The translations under genes were made by a program, and so were the position numbers. Below, piece after piece: positions 1 to 9,124 of a DNA stretch of 64,000 nucleotides (its first letter is position 1; every line of letters begins with the position of its first letter). The DNA comes from an uncultured Pseudomonadales bacterium (GTDB lineage Bacteria; Patescibacteriota; Microgenomatia; UBA1400; PJMF01), in NCBI GenBank assembly GCA_964620965.1, contig CAZUHV010000003.1, positions 12,777 to 76,776 of the forward strand. Direction: 5' to 3'. Below the pieces are notes generated by a model, which was not told where the DNA came from, did no database searches, and saw nothing but the letters and a program-made list of their open reading frames with translations.

Positions 1-351
1 TCTGCAACTTGTGAACCTGCTACAGTTGGACCAATGTGTAAAGATGTTGCAATCCTTTCACAGGATGGCACAGAACTTGATCCAAAACAATCTGGCTCTT
101 TCTATGTTGGACAAATCATTAAATTTAGATGTGCAGCAGATGATCCAACTAACTCACTCATTTCTAAATATCAATTTAGAATTACTGAACCAAGTGGGGC
201 TGTAATCGAAGGAACTGCAATTAATCCTGCAGGATCAAGCGCAGTTTCAAAAGATTATCAAATCAACTTGACTGGATCTTTCAAAGCACAATGTAGGATT
301 TGTCTCACAGACAACACCTGTCAACCTTATATAAATATTGGAGCAAACTAA
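1..351 (+). CDS. 3' part of a Cys-rich secreted/surface protein (5'-truncated by the window edge)
   Basis: Frame 1 is open from base 1 (SATCEPATVGPMCKD...). SATCEP matches the end of the NPTSATC module in the two downstream paralogues. Ends in a beta-rich domain with Cys pairs. Confidence 0.75.
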   Translation, partial: SATCEPATVGPMCKDVAILSQDGTELDPKQSGSFYVGQIIKFRCAADDPTNSLISKYQFRITEPSGAVIEGTAINPAGSSAVSKDYQINLTGSFKAQCRICLTDNTCQPYINIGAN

Positions 352-369
352 CTAAGGATTAACTGAAGA

Positions 370-2421
370 ATGCAAAATACAACGTCACAACAACAAACTT
401 TTATGACAAAACCAGCAATGCCAGCTCCTGCTCCAACAGTGGATATGCCAAACGGCAACATGCCTCAGGCCCCAAAAAAGAAAATGAGCTTAAAACCTAA
501 ACAAATGTTCGCAGTTGTTGGTTTAGTACTCTTTTTAGTCGTAGCAGTCATGGGAGTCATGATTGCACAAAGACAGGTTGCGCAAAAAGGCGAAGATGTT
601 ACTCCAGTAGCACCAACTGCACCAGATTCCCAACCTTCAGCTTCAACCTACGAACCAAATAACTGTGCAACCATGTTCTTTGTTCCAGGTTCAGAAGGAG
701 TTTGTGATACTAAAAAAGCTCTTACAGACTTCACAGCTAATAAAGGAACCAATATTCCACCTGGAAGTAGCTTTAATGTTGGTGATGAGTTTGTGTTTAG
801 CATTACCATTAAACAACCTTCAAAAGGCACTGCAAAAGACGTCATAGTTGAAGATACCCTTCCAAACTCACTTCAATTTGTAAGCGGGCCTACCGGCACA
901 GTTCCTTACACTATTACTAATAACGGTCAAACAGTTACCGCAACTATCCCAGAAATGGGTCCAGAAAGCTCTGTAAAAGTTGAGTTCAAAGTCAAAGTTG
1001 CTCAAGGTAATTATGGCGACCACGTAAACACAGCTAAAGTTACCTCAACTGACATCGTACCAGAACCAGGTTCTTGTACTTATAGCTTTAAAACATTACT
1101 TGGTGTTACTGAGTGTGTATCCAAAGAATTATATGACACACGAGGACAGCTTGTTCCTGATGGCGGAGCTTTAACTAGAGGCAAAGAATACGAATACCGA
1201 GTTACTGTTAAAGCAACAAATCGATCTCTTGGAGAAGTAAAAATTCTTGATGAACTTCCAGAAGAGTTAGAATATGTCAGACCAGCTGCTGGTAGTGAAA
1301 AATACATTGTTAACGATCCAACAAGTGGAATCTTAACTGCAAACTTTGGAGTTCTTGAAGACGAAGAAATGACTCTTGGCTTCATCATGAAAGTTCCAGA
1401 AGATCTAGAACCTACTAAGTTTGAAAATATTGCAAAAGTATATGCTTTTCCAGTAAATTCAAGACAACCTGAACCACCTGCAAATGCAGACATCTGTTCT
1501 GTTGCACACACTATACTCCCTGTTGGAACTGCAGAATGTGTTTCAAAACAAGCATTTACTCAAAATGGTGTTGAGATTAAATCTGGATCAGAAATCAAAC
1601 CTGCACAGACCTTCATGTATAGAATTACAGTTCTTGCAGAACAAACCACAACTGGACCAGTTACAGTAAGCGACACTCTTCCAGCAGGAATCAACTTCAT
1701 AGAAGATCCTGACAATACTCCAGGAATATCCGAGAGTAATGGGGTTGTCACTATTGAACTTGGTCAAATGCAAAGTGGTGAAAGAAAAGTTGTTGAGTTC
1801 ATGGTTCAAGTTGTTGCTAATCCAACAGCTGAAACCTTCAAAAATGTCGCAACTATCACTACTGGAGGTTCAAGTGAAACAGAACATAAATGTGAGCTTC
1901 CTTTAGACCTGGATGTTGAGTACAGCTGTAACAGTGAATGTGATACCAACGCTGACTGTGCCGAAGCAGGAGATGATTTTATCTGTTACAACACTGGTGA
2001 CGGAAAATACTGTAGATTAGAAGAAAATCCAACTAATGTCAGTTGTCTACCACCTACAGCTCCTCCTACAACACCTCCACCTACTGGTACTCCAACTCCT
2101 ACACCTCCTACTGGTACTGGCACACCAATCCCTACCGGAACTCCAGCACCTACTGCTGTTGTAACTCCAGCACCTGGATGTGATGAGCTCTGTGTACAAA
2201 ACTCAGACTGTAGCAATATCGACCACATCTGTACAACAACAGCAGATGGAAGCATGAGATGTAGATTAGCAGAATACCCAACTTCAAACACCTGTACCAT
2301 TCCTGCTCAGCCTGCATTGCCTCCAGAGCTACCTGCAACAGGTCCTGCTGATTGGTTGAACTGGTTGAAAGCTGGACTTGTAACACTCGGTATAGGAACA
2401 GCACTCTTCTTACTCCTCTAA
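370..2421 (+). CDS. Surface protein: N-terminal TM, three DUF11-like (Ig-like) repeats, two 6-Cys modules, Pro/Thr linker, C-terminal LPATG plus hydrophobic anchor
   Basis: Three repeats of the type VxDTLPxxLxFV...N.AxV; modules CNSEC...CRLEENPTNVSC and CDELC...CRLAEYPTSNTC; ends PPELPATGPADWLNWLKAGLVTLGIGTALFLLL. Confidence 0.85.
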   Translation: MQNTTSQQQTFMTKPAMPAPAPTVDMPNGNMPQAPKKKMSLKPKQMFAVVGLVLFLVVAVMGVMIAQRQVAQKGEDVTPVAPTAPDSQPSASTYEPNNCATMFFVPGSEGVCDTKKALTDFTANKGTNIPPGSSFNVGDEFVFSITIKQPSKGTAKDVIVEDTLPNSLQFVSGPTGTVPYTITNNGQTVTATIPEMGPESSVKVEFKVKVAQGNYGDHVNTAKVTSTDIVPEPGSCTYSFKTLLGVTECVSKELYDTRGQLVPDGGALTRGKEYEYRVTVKATNRSLGEVKILDELPEELEYVRPAAGSEKYIVNDPTSGILTANFGVLEDEEMTLGFIMKVPEDLEPTKFENIAKVYAFPVNSRQPEPPANADICSVAHTILPVGTAECVSKQAFTQNGVEIKSGSEIKPAQTFMYRITVLAEQTTTGPVTVSDTLPAGINFIEDPDNTPGISESNGVVTIELGQMQSGERKVVEFMVQVVANPTAETFKNVATITTGGSSETEHKCELPLDLDVEYSCNSECDTNADCAEAGDDFICYNTGDGKYCRLEENPTNVSCLPPTAPPTTPPPTGTPTPTPPTGTGTPIPTGTPAPTAVVTPAPGCDELCVQNSDCSNIDHICTTTADGSMRCRLAEYPTSNTCTIPAQPALPPELPATGPADWLNWLKAGLVTLGIGTALFLLL

Positions 2422-2443
2422 AGAGTAATAGAAATAGAAAATC

Positions 2444-2474
2444 AAAACCCCGAATGAAAGTTCGGGGTTTTTTT
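2444..2474 (+). terminator. Rho-independent terminator
   Basis: aaaaccccgaa-tgaaag-ttcggggtttt hairpin followed by a T-run, 22 nt after the stop codon. Confidence 0.9.
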
Positions 2475-2503
2475 GATACTTCAACCTTTACATAAATTGC
2501 TCG

Positions 2504-2533
2504 TTGACCTCTAGAGTTTTATTCATGTATCAT
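2504..2533 (+). promoter_or_regulatory. Putative sigma70 promoter for the 2597 gene
   Basis: TTGACC-18 nt-TATCAT between the terminator and the ATG. Confidence 0.45.
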
Positions 2534-2596
2534 GAGTACAAGGCTTGTTTTAGCTTGCCAATTTGTTTTGTAAAAAAATAAAAAGAAATTTATAAA

Positions 2597-5161
2597 ATGA
2601 TCAATGCATCCGGAGGTTCTCTTCCAACCCAATCAACAAATTCTAATAGTGATTCAACAACACCTGTTGTACCTACTCCAGGACCGGGCTTTCCAACCCA
2701 CAACCCAGCAGTACAACATAAACAATTTATGACTCCAGCAACTCCTATAGGAGGATCTCCTGCAACAGTTAACTCTGCTCCAAGAAATCCAGCTACCACA
2801 GCTCCTGTTCCAAATCCAATGGGAGCAGTTCCTCCTGCACCTCCAAAATTCCCTGATCCAACCAAAAACCTAGTTAGAGTAACTGATGAAGGAACTGATA
2901 CTGTTCCAGGTGGATCAGATGGCAAAGGTGACACGACCAAACCAAAAAGCAAGTTAAATTTAAAACTTATTATTGGTGTTGCCGTTTTACTTCTTGTGAT
3001 TCTTGGTTCAGGAGTGGGTTTTTACCTTTCTCAACAACAACAAGAAATTAGACAACAGGCATATATTGGAAATACATGTAATGTAGATTTTGATTGTAAT
3101 GGTCCTGGAAATACACTTAGATCAAATATCAATGTGCCTGAATACTGTAACAATGGAGTATGTAGTACTACTCCTCCAGCAGGAGCAACTTGTCCAAATC
3201 CTCCACATCTTCCAAGAGTGTGGTGTGCAACGTTTAACTGTCCAAATGGTGATACTACTGGTGATGGAGAATGTAATGTAGATGACCAAGGAGCTAGCTA
3301 CACAATTGGTGGAACTGAATGTTCAAATCCTTCATCTGGTTGTGGTCAGGTCGACTACTATTCAGGTGGAACACCAGGTCAAAGTTGGGATCAATACTGT
3401 GGACATACATTCCTTGAGCTTGATTGTGGCGGTGGCGGTACCCCTACCCCTACGCCAACTGCTACCCCTACACCTACCCCTACACCTGGTACGCTCTCTT
3501 GTAATAGTGTTTGTACTGTCGGCGGTCAAGCTTGCCCATCTGGTACGCAATGTATGATCACCTATAACTTTAGCCCAGCATTTGAAAATGTCACTTCAAC
3601 AGTTTCTAATGTTGGAACCGGTACTATTACTGGATTTAAATCTTTTGTCAGAAATGGCATCGTTGAACAGTATCTCATCAGAGGTGGCCAAATCTGGTAC
3701 AGACCTAATTTCACAACAGCATGGTCAAACGTAACCTCTAATGTTTCTAACGTTGGTACTGGTACCATAACCTCATTTAGTGCCTTTGTTAATACCTCAG
3801 GTGCTGTTGAACAGTACCTCATCAGAGGTGGTCAAATCTGGTACAGACCTAATTTAACTGCTACAACCTGGCAGAATGTAACAGGAAACGTAACAAATAT
3901 AGGTTCAGGTACTATTGATAGTTACAACGCAGATAAATATGCTCCAGGACATGGAAACATCGTCTCTGCATACCTTATTAGAGGAGGAAAAATCTGGCAT
4001 CACACCAGTTCTAACTGGAACCTTTGGCAAGATGTTACCTCTAATGTTTCAAATGTTGGAACAGGTGCTATGACTGACATCTCTTTCCATGTTAACCCAG
4101 ATGGCAGCTTGAGACACCACTTTGTAAGAGGTGGCCAAATCTGGTCAAGAATTGCACCACAAGCAGCAGAGAACCGTTGTAGACTTGCTACATATCCAAA
4201 CTCAGGTAGTTGTCAACCTCCTGCACCAACACCTACAAACACCCCTACTCCAACACCTACAGCAACGCCTACACCTACCCCAACGGCGACACCTACACCT
4301 ACCCCAACTCCTACGCCTGTACCACTCACTTGTAATGCAACCTGTAACCCAAGTGACCTTGTAGATCAGTGTACATTGGCAAATGCAAGTTGGTCTTGTG
4401 ATGCTACAACAAGTAAATGTAGAAGAACAGATAACCCAACTTCTGCTACCTGTGAGCTGCCTCCATTAACCTGTAATGCAACCTGTAATCCTGAGTCAAG
4501 ACTCGACAGATGTACAGCTGCAAATGACAAGTGGTTCTGTGATCCAGCAACAAGCACTTGTAGATTTGAAGAAAACCCAACCTCTACTACCTGTCAACCT
4601 CCTACAGGAGCAGTTGCATGTAATGGAAGTTGTACTTCAGATGCACAATGTCAATTGACCAGCGACCGTTACAGCTGTGACACAACAACAAATACATGTA
4701 GATTGACCAGTAATCCAACTTCTACTACTTGTGAACCTGTGCCACCAAAATGTAACGAAACCTGTACTTCAAATGCACAATGTATTCAAGGAAATGCAAA
4801 CCATATTTGTGACGAAACAACAGGCACATGTAGACTCAACAGCAATCCAGGAGACGCAAACTGTCAACCTCCTGCAGCTACACCTACCCCAACTCCAACA
4901 GTTGGCTGTAATGATGCTTGTGTAACAAATGCTGACTGTTCAGATACAAATCACATTTGTACCACTACAGAAGATGGCTCTATGAAATGTAGATTAGCAA
5001 GCTACCCAACTTCAACAAGTTGTACCTTGCCAGCTTCTGCAACAGCACAACCTACATTGCCTCCAGAATTACCTGCAACAGGTCCTGCTGATTGGTTGAA
5101 CTGGTTCAAAGCAGGCTTAGTAACACTTGGACTTGGAGCAGCACTCTTCTTCTTACTCTAG
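2597..5161 (+). CDS. Surface protein: Pro-rich N-terminus, TM, six 6-Cys modules, four ~48-aa beta-propeller-like repeats, PT linkers, C-terminal LPATG plus hydrophobic anchor
   Basis: Repeats NVTSNVSNVGTG...YLIRGGQIWYR x4; modules CNxxC...CRLxxNPTSxxC; C-terminus nearly identical to the 370..2421 protein. Confidence 0.85.
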   Translation: MINASGGSLPTQSTNSNSDSTTPVVPTPGPGFPTHNPAVQHKQFMTPATPIGGSPATVNSAPRNPATTAPVPNPMGAVPPAPPKFPDPTKNLVRVTDEGTDTVPGGSDGKGDTTKPKSKLNLKLIIGVAVLLLVILGSGVGFYLSQQQQEIRQQAYIGNTCNVDFDCNGPGNTLRSNINVPEYCNNGVCSTTPPAGATCPNPPHLPRVWCATFNCPNGDTTGDGECNVDDQGASYTIGGTECSNPSSGCGQVDYYSGGTPGQSWDQYCGHTFLELDCGGGGTPTPTPTATPTPTPTPGTLSCNSVCTVGGQACPSGTQCMITYNFSPAFENVTSTVSNVGTGTITGFKSFVRNGIVEQYLIRGGQIWYRPNFTTAWSNVTSNVSNVGTGTITSFSAFVNTSGAVEQYLIRGGQIWYRPNLTATTWQNVTGNVTNIGSGTIDSYNADKYAPGHGNIVSAYLIRGGKIWHHTSSNWNLWQDVTSNVSNVGTGAMTDISFHVNPDGSLRHHFVRGGQIWSRIAPQAAENRCRLATYPNSGSCQPPAPTPTNTPTPTPTATPTPTPTATPTPTPTPTPVPLTCNATCNPSDLVDQCTLANASWSCDATTSKCRRTDNPTSATCELPPLTCNATCNPESRLDRCTAANDKWFCDPATSTCRFEENPTSTTCQPPTGAVACNGSCTSDAQCQLTSDRYSCDTTTNTCRLTSNPTSTTCEPVPPKCNETCTSNAQCIQGNANHICDETTGTCRLNSNPGDANCQPPAATPTPTPTVGCNDACVTNADCSDTNHICTTTEDGSMKCRLASYPTSTSCTLPASATAQPTLPPELPATGPADWLNWFKAGLVTLGLGAALFFLL
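3587..4150 (+). repeat. Four intragenic ~47-52-codon tandem repeats
   Basis: Near-identical DNA at 3662-3711 and 3806-3855 (gttgaacagtaYctcatcagaggtggYcaaatctggtacagacctaattt). Confidence 0.9.
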
Positions 5162-5184
5162 TGTTCTGAAAAAAATAAAAATAT

Positions 5185-5222
5185 AAGCACCTCGAAATGT
5201 ATTTCGAGGTGCTTTTGCTTTT
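5185..5222 (+). terminator. Rho-independent terminator
   Basis: Inverted repeat aagcacctcgaaat / atttcgaggtgctt followed by a T-rich tract. Confidence 0.9.
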
Positions 5223-5237
5223 AACACTAAAAATTTC

Positions 5238-5277
5238 AAAAAAAGACCCTTCACAAACATACATCTGTGAAAGGTCT
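5238..5277 (-). terminator. Terminator downstream of the tRNA (minus strand)
   Basis: agacccttcaca...tgtgaaaggtct stem (one G-U pair on the minus strand) with an A7 run on + (U-tail on -). Confidence 0.7.
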
Positions 5278-5290
5278 CCTTTTGAATATG

Positions 5291-5363
5291 TGAGTCGGGA
5301 GGGACTCGAACCCCCGACCAGTGAGGTATAAGCTCACCGCTCTACCAACTGAGCTACCGACTC
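5291..5363 (-). tRNA. tRNA-Ile (anticodon UAU), CCA not encoded
   Basis: Reverse complement GAGTCGG-TA-GCTC-AGTTGGTA-GAGC-G-GTGAG-CTTATAC-CTCAC-TGGTC-GGGGG-TTCGAGT-CCCTC-CCGACTC-A forms a full cloverleaf; loop CU-UAU-AC; discriminator A. Confidence 0.95.
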
Positions 5364-5474
5364 ATAACTTAGTTATTCGCCTCTTATCAATAAAAAATAG
5401 ACGAATGTTGGTAATATCTTCTCTGCTAAAATTCCAGAAAAATCCGCGAAAAAAAACAAAAAAGATATACAAGC

Positions 5475-5502
5475 ATTATATACCACGAAACCACATCTGC
5501 AA
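5475..5502 (-). promoter_or_regulatory. Putative sigma70 promoter of the tRNA
   Basis: Minus strand TTGCAG-16 nt-TATAAT, about 110 nt upstream of the tRNA 5' end. Confidence 0.6.
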
Positions 5503-5589
5503 TTGGCACTGAAGGTTATCCCAGATCAAATTATGTTGTATAATAAGGTTCTAGAAAAATGTGTACCTCTATACAATTAGAAAATCAAA

Positions 5590-6624
5590 ATGAAATCAAA
5601 GGTTAGATCACTCATTAGTTTACTTAAAAAGAAATGGAAACTCGTTCTTGTCATCCTCATAGTCTTGGGAATTGTGCTACTAGTTGTCAATTCGAAAAAT
5701 AAAAATAAAGTTGTACTCGTTTTTGAAAAACCAATCACCCAATCAATCACAAAAACACTTGATGTTTCTGGACATGTAGATGCAAAAGAAAAAGTAAGAC
5801 TACGTTTTCCTGCAGGTGGGAAATTAACCTATGTGGGCGCAAAAGAAGGTGATACAGTTAAAAAATGGCAAACAGTTGCAGCTATAGACAAAGCAACTTT
5901 ACAGAAACAACTTGATCAAGACTTAAATAACTACATGAAAGAACGCTGGGACTGGGAAGAAGTTGTTGATGAAAACAGAGATCAGGCACTTACTCTTTCT
6001 GAAAGACGCAGCCAAGATAAGGATCAATGGGATCTTACTAACACTGTTCTCACTGTCGAAATTCGTGACTTAGCACTACAAAACACCTCTTTGTACTCTC
6101 CTTTTGAGGGAATTTTAACCACTGCTCCAACGTCTGTCACAGGAATGCAGGTCCTCGCAACTGATTACTTTGAAATTGTTAATCCAAACACATTAGTTTT
6201 TAGAGCTGCAGTAGATGAATCGGATATTTCAAGTATTGTTGTAGGTCAAAAAGCAACTTTAGTTTTAGACGCATTTGAAGATATTGAAATCAATACAGAA
6301 GTCTCTTATGTAAGCTACACAAGCACAGAAGCCAGTAGCGGAACCTCATTTATTGTAGAGTTTCCACTCTCTCAAACAGAAATTGAGCAAATCCTTAGAA
6401 TTGGTATGAATGGAGACATTAAAATTCTTTTGGAAGAAAAAGAAAATGTACTTACAATTCCATCAATCGCTTTGATCGAAAGAGACGGAATAACCTATGT
6501 AATGGTTAAATCTGGTGAAAATAAATCTGAAGAAAGAGAAGTTGAAATTGGATTAGAAACAGACGAAACTGTCGAGGTCATTTCTGGACTTTCTGAATCA
6601 GATGAGGTCGTCATACCTGAATAA
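5590..6624 (+). CDS. Efflux membrane-fusion/adaptor subunit (MacA/YknX-like)
   Basis: N-terminal TM; lipoyl-like halves G.LTYVGAKEGDTVKK and LYSPFEG; VDESDI; GMNG; GLSESDEVV end. Confidence 0.9.
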   Translation: MKSKVRSLISLLKKKWKLVLVILIVLGIVLLVVNSKNKNKVVLVFEKPITQSITKTLDVSGHVDAKEKVRLRFPAGGKLTYVGAKEGDTVKKWQTVAAIDKATLQKQLDQDLNNYMKERWDWEEVVDENRDQALTLSERRSQDKDQWDLTNTVLTVEIRDLALQNTSLYSPFEGILTTAPTSVTGMQVLATDYFEIVNPNTLVFRAAVDESDISSIVVGQKATLVLDAFEDIEINTEVSYVSYTSTEASSGTSFIVEFPLSQTEIEQILRIGMNGDIKILLEEKENVLTIPSIALIERDGITYVMVKSGENKSEEREVEIGLETDETVEVISGLSESDEVVIPE

Positions 6625-6625
6625 T

Positions 6626-7348
6626 ATGTTACTAAGCTTACAAGAAGTTTCCAAACATTATCAAATGGGCTCTACTCTAACGAAAGCTCTTAACAAGGTA
6701 AATTTTGAGGTTGAAGAAGGTGAGTTTATTGCAATCATGGGTCCTTCTGGATCTGGAAAATCAACATTCTTGCAGGTTGCAAGCATGCTCGCAGAACCTA
6801 CTTCAGGAAAAATTATTCTTAAAGACAAAGATGTTACTGCTTACAACGAAATAGAGCGTGCACGCCTTCGAAATAAAGAAATTGGCTTTATCTTTCAACA
6901 ATTTAACCTACTTCCAAGAACTTCGGCAATTGATAATGCGCGCTTACCTCTTTTATATGCAAATGTTCCACACAAAGAACAAATGCAACGAGCAATAAAA
7001 ATCTTGGAGGATGTTGGACTTGGAGACAAACTGCAAAACACCCCTGCTCAACTTTCTGGTGGACAACAACAACGTGTCGCAATTGCTCGAGCACTTATAA
7101 ACGATCCTGCTATCATTTTTGCTGATGAGCCAACCGGAAATTTAGATACAAAAAGTGGCCAAGAGATTATGGACATGCTTACAAAGCTCCATTCTGAAGG
7201 AAAAACCATTATCATGGTGACACATGAAGAAGATATTGCAAGTTGTGCTCAAAGACAAATTAAGTTTAAAGATGGACAAATCATCTCTGATACAAAATCA
7301 AAAAATGTAGTTTGTAAGATAGATAAAAAGAAAAAAAAGAGAAAATAA
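6626..7348 (+). CDS. ABC transporter ATP-binding protein (MacB/LolD family)
   Basis: [35 protein letters not shown]. Start moved to ATG 6626, 1 nt after the upstream stop. Confidence 0.95.
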   Translation: MLLSLQEVSKHYQMGSTLTKALNKVNFEVEEGEFIAIMGPSGSGKSTFLQVASMLAEPTSGKIILKDKDVTAYNEIERARLRNKEIGFIFQQFNLLPRTSAIDNARLPLLYANVPHKEQMQRAIKILEDVGLGDKLQNTPAQLSGGQQQRVAIARALINDPAIIFADEPTGNLDTKSGQEIMDMLTKLHSEGKTIIMVTHEEDIASCAQRQIKFKDGQIISDTKSKNVVCKIDKKKKKRK

Positions 7349-7371
7349 AAAAATAGTTGAGGCTTTTTACA

Positions 7372-8580
7372 ATGGAAAATATTTTAAAAATAGCTTTAAA
7401 AGCCATTATGGTAAACAAATCCAGATCTATCCTTACGATGCTTGGGGTGATCATTGGTGTTGGTTCCGTTGTATTACTTACATCTATTGGAAATGGATTA
7501 AAAGCATACGTTGCCGACCAATTTGACCAACTAGGTGCAAACACCATTATTATTCTTCCAGGAGACCCATTTGGCGAAGGTGGAGGCTTTAGTAGAGAAC
7601 AACAAATCAGTGCTGTCTCAAACTCAAAACTTGAAATGGAAGACGTGAGCGATATTAAAAAAATCAGGGAATTTGTAAAAACCGCTATTCCATTTACAAC
7701 AATATCAGAAAAAATTTCCTATCGTGGAGAAGAAAAAAGTATTAGCATCATCGGCTCAACGGAGGAATATCCAGAGGTACAATCAAATGTAAAGATCGGA
7801 AAAGGTAGATTTTACACAAAAACAGAAAACAGTTCTAGAGAAAAAGTAATCGTGCTTGGTTTTGATGTCGCTGAAGAACTTTTTGGTAATATTGACCCAA
7901 TTGGAAAAACTGTTCGACTTGGAAGTCAAAACTTTAAAGTCATTGGTGTTCAAGAAAAGGTCGGTGGTGGTTTTGGAGGACCTTCATTTGACACATACGT
8001 CTTTATTCCTATCGAAACATACTTCAAACAATACGATACCAAAAAAATTATTGAAATCATTGTAAAAACAAAATCAACTGAAAATATTCCTGAATCAATC
8101 TCTGCAATTGAAAAACAAATGGGTAAAAAATACGATTCTGATGAGTTCTCTGTTGTTGATCAATCTCAGATTCTAGATACGATTAACGAAATTTTAGGAA
8201 TTTTGACAATTGGACTTGGCGGAATTGCAAGTATTTCTCTAGTTGTTGGCGGGATTGGAATTATGAACATTATGCTTGTTTCTGTCACCGAAAGAACTAG
8301 AGAAATTGGTTTAAGAAAAGCACTTGGAGCAACACCAAACTTGATTTTACTACAATTTTTAGTTGAAGCTGCCATTCTTTCAATTCTTGGGGGCCTTATT
8401 GGTCTTGTAATTGCCTACTTTGGAACCCTAGCAATGCAAATTTACTTCCCAGCAAAAGTTACCACGAGTGCAGTGATTATGGCATTTGGTGTTTCTACTG
8501 CTGTCGGGCTTATTTTTGGAGCTGCTCCAGCAAGAAGAGCTTCACAACTTTCCCCTATTGAAGCTTTGCGATACGAATAA
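7372..8580 (+). CDS. ABC transporter permease (MacB/FtsX family)
   Basis: RSILTMLGVIIGV; GGIGIMNIMLVSVTERTREIGLRKALGA; PIEALRYE end. Confidence 0.95.
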   Translation: MENILKIALKAIMVNKSRSILTMLGVIIGVGSVVLLTSIGNGLKAYVADQFDQLGANTIIILPGDPFGEGGGFSREQQISAVSNSKLEMEDVSDIKKIREFVKTAIPFTTISEKISYRGEEKSISIIGSTEEYPEVQSNVKIGKGRFYTKTENSSREKVIVLGFDVAEELFGNIDPIGKTVRLGSQNFKVIGVQEKVGGGFGGPSFDTYVFIPIETYFKQYDTKKIIEIIVKTKSTENIPESISAIEKQMGKKYDSDEFSVVDQSQILDTINEILGILTIGLGGIASISLVVGGIGIMNIMLVSVTERTREIGLRKALGATPNLILLQFLVEAAILSILGGLIGLVIAYFGTLAMQIYFPAKVTTSAVIMAFGVSTAVGLIFGAAPARRASQLSPIEALRYE

Positions 8581-8641
8581 GAACTGCCCTCTGGCATACC
8601 CTCTCGCCAATATCTAGATCAAGCTGTATACTGAAATTATT

Positions 8642-9058
8642 ATGTTTTCGTTCGTAAAAACAAAATTATTTTTATTCATTCTGCTTGCAGCAATAGTTGG
8701 AACTTTTTACTACTTTGGAGATCCTCAAAAACTCATCGGAACTATCGTTCCCAAACTAAAAGCAACTCCATTAGCACCGGCCGTTGAAAAAATAGAACAT
8801 ATTGATACTCAAGAAATAACAAAAAGCTTCCAACAAGGTGTAAAAAACGCAGAATCAGAAATTACTGGTCTTTCGCAAAGAACTACAGAAGTTAGCGAAC
8901 ATGCAGGAAACGTACTAGGATCTTCTATTGAACCAGCCCCTGAAGGAAATTCAACTCCTATTCATGAAAAAGCATTTGAATATGGGAAATATATTTACTG
9001 CAAACAAGTTGTTGATGATTATGAAACAATCAACCCTTCATTAAAAGAGAAAAATTAG
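8642..9058 (+). CDS. Hypothetical membrane-anchored protein
   Basis: 138-aa ORF with an N-terminal TM; -10-like TATACT 9 nt upstream. Confidence 0.7.
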   Translation: MFSFVKTKLFLFILLAAIVGTFYYFGDPQKLIGTIVPKLKATPLAPAVEKIEHIDTQEITKSFQQGVKNAESEITGLSQRTTEVSEHAGNVLGSSIEPAPEGNSTPIHEKAFEYGKYIYCKQVVDDYETINPSLKEKN

Positions 9059-9124
9059 AACAATTTTTTCACAAATAACCTGCTAAAAAAGCATAACCCA
9101 AGAAAAGCTAAACAATTTTTCGAT

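Noticed and set aside
3662-3855. Near-identical repeat pair as a DGR template/variable repeat
   Set aside because: Differences are C/T at synonymous sites rather than adenine-specific, both copies are coding, and no reverse transcriptase is in the window.
2050-4320. Pro-Thr codon runs as contingency/phase-variation repeats
   Set aside because: Codons are heterogeneous and in frame; they are ordinary PT linkers rather than perfect slippage tracts.
5291-5363. tRNA as an integration site for an island
   Set aside because: No integrase and no duplicated tRNA 3' end was seen in the window.
5321-5512. 63-aa ORF over the tRNA
   Set aside because: Antisense to the tRNA and its promoter; no protein features.
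5590-8580. MacAB-like exporter lacking TolC as a novelty
   Set aside because: TolC-less MacAB/YknXYZ-type systems are normal in monoderm bacteria.
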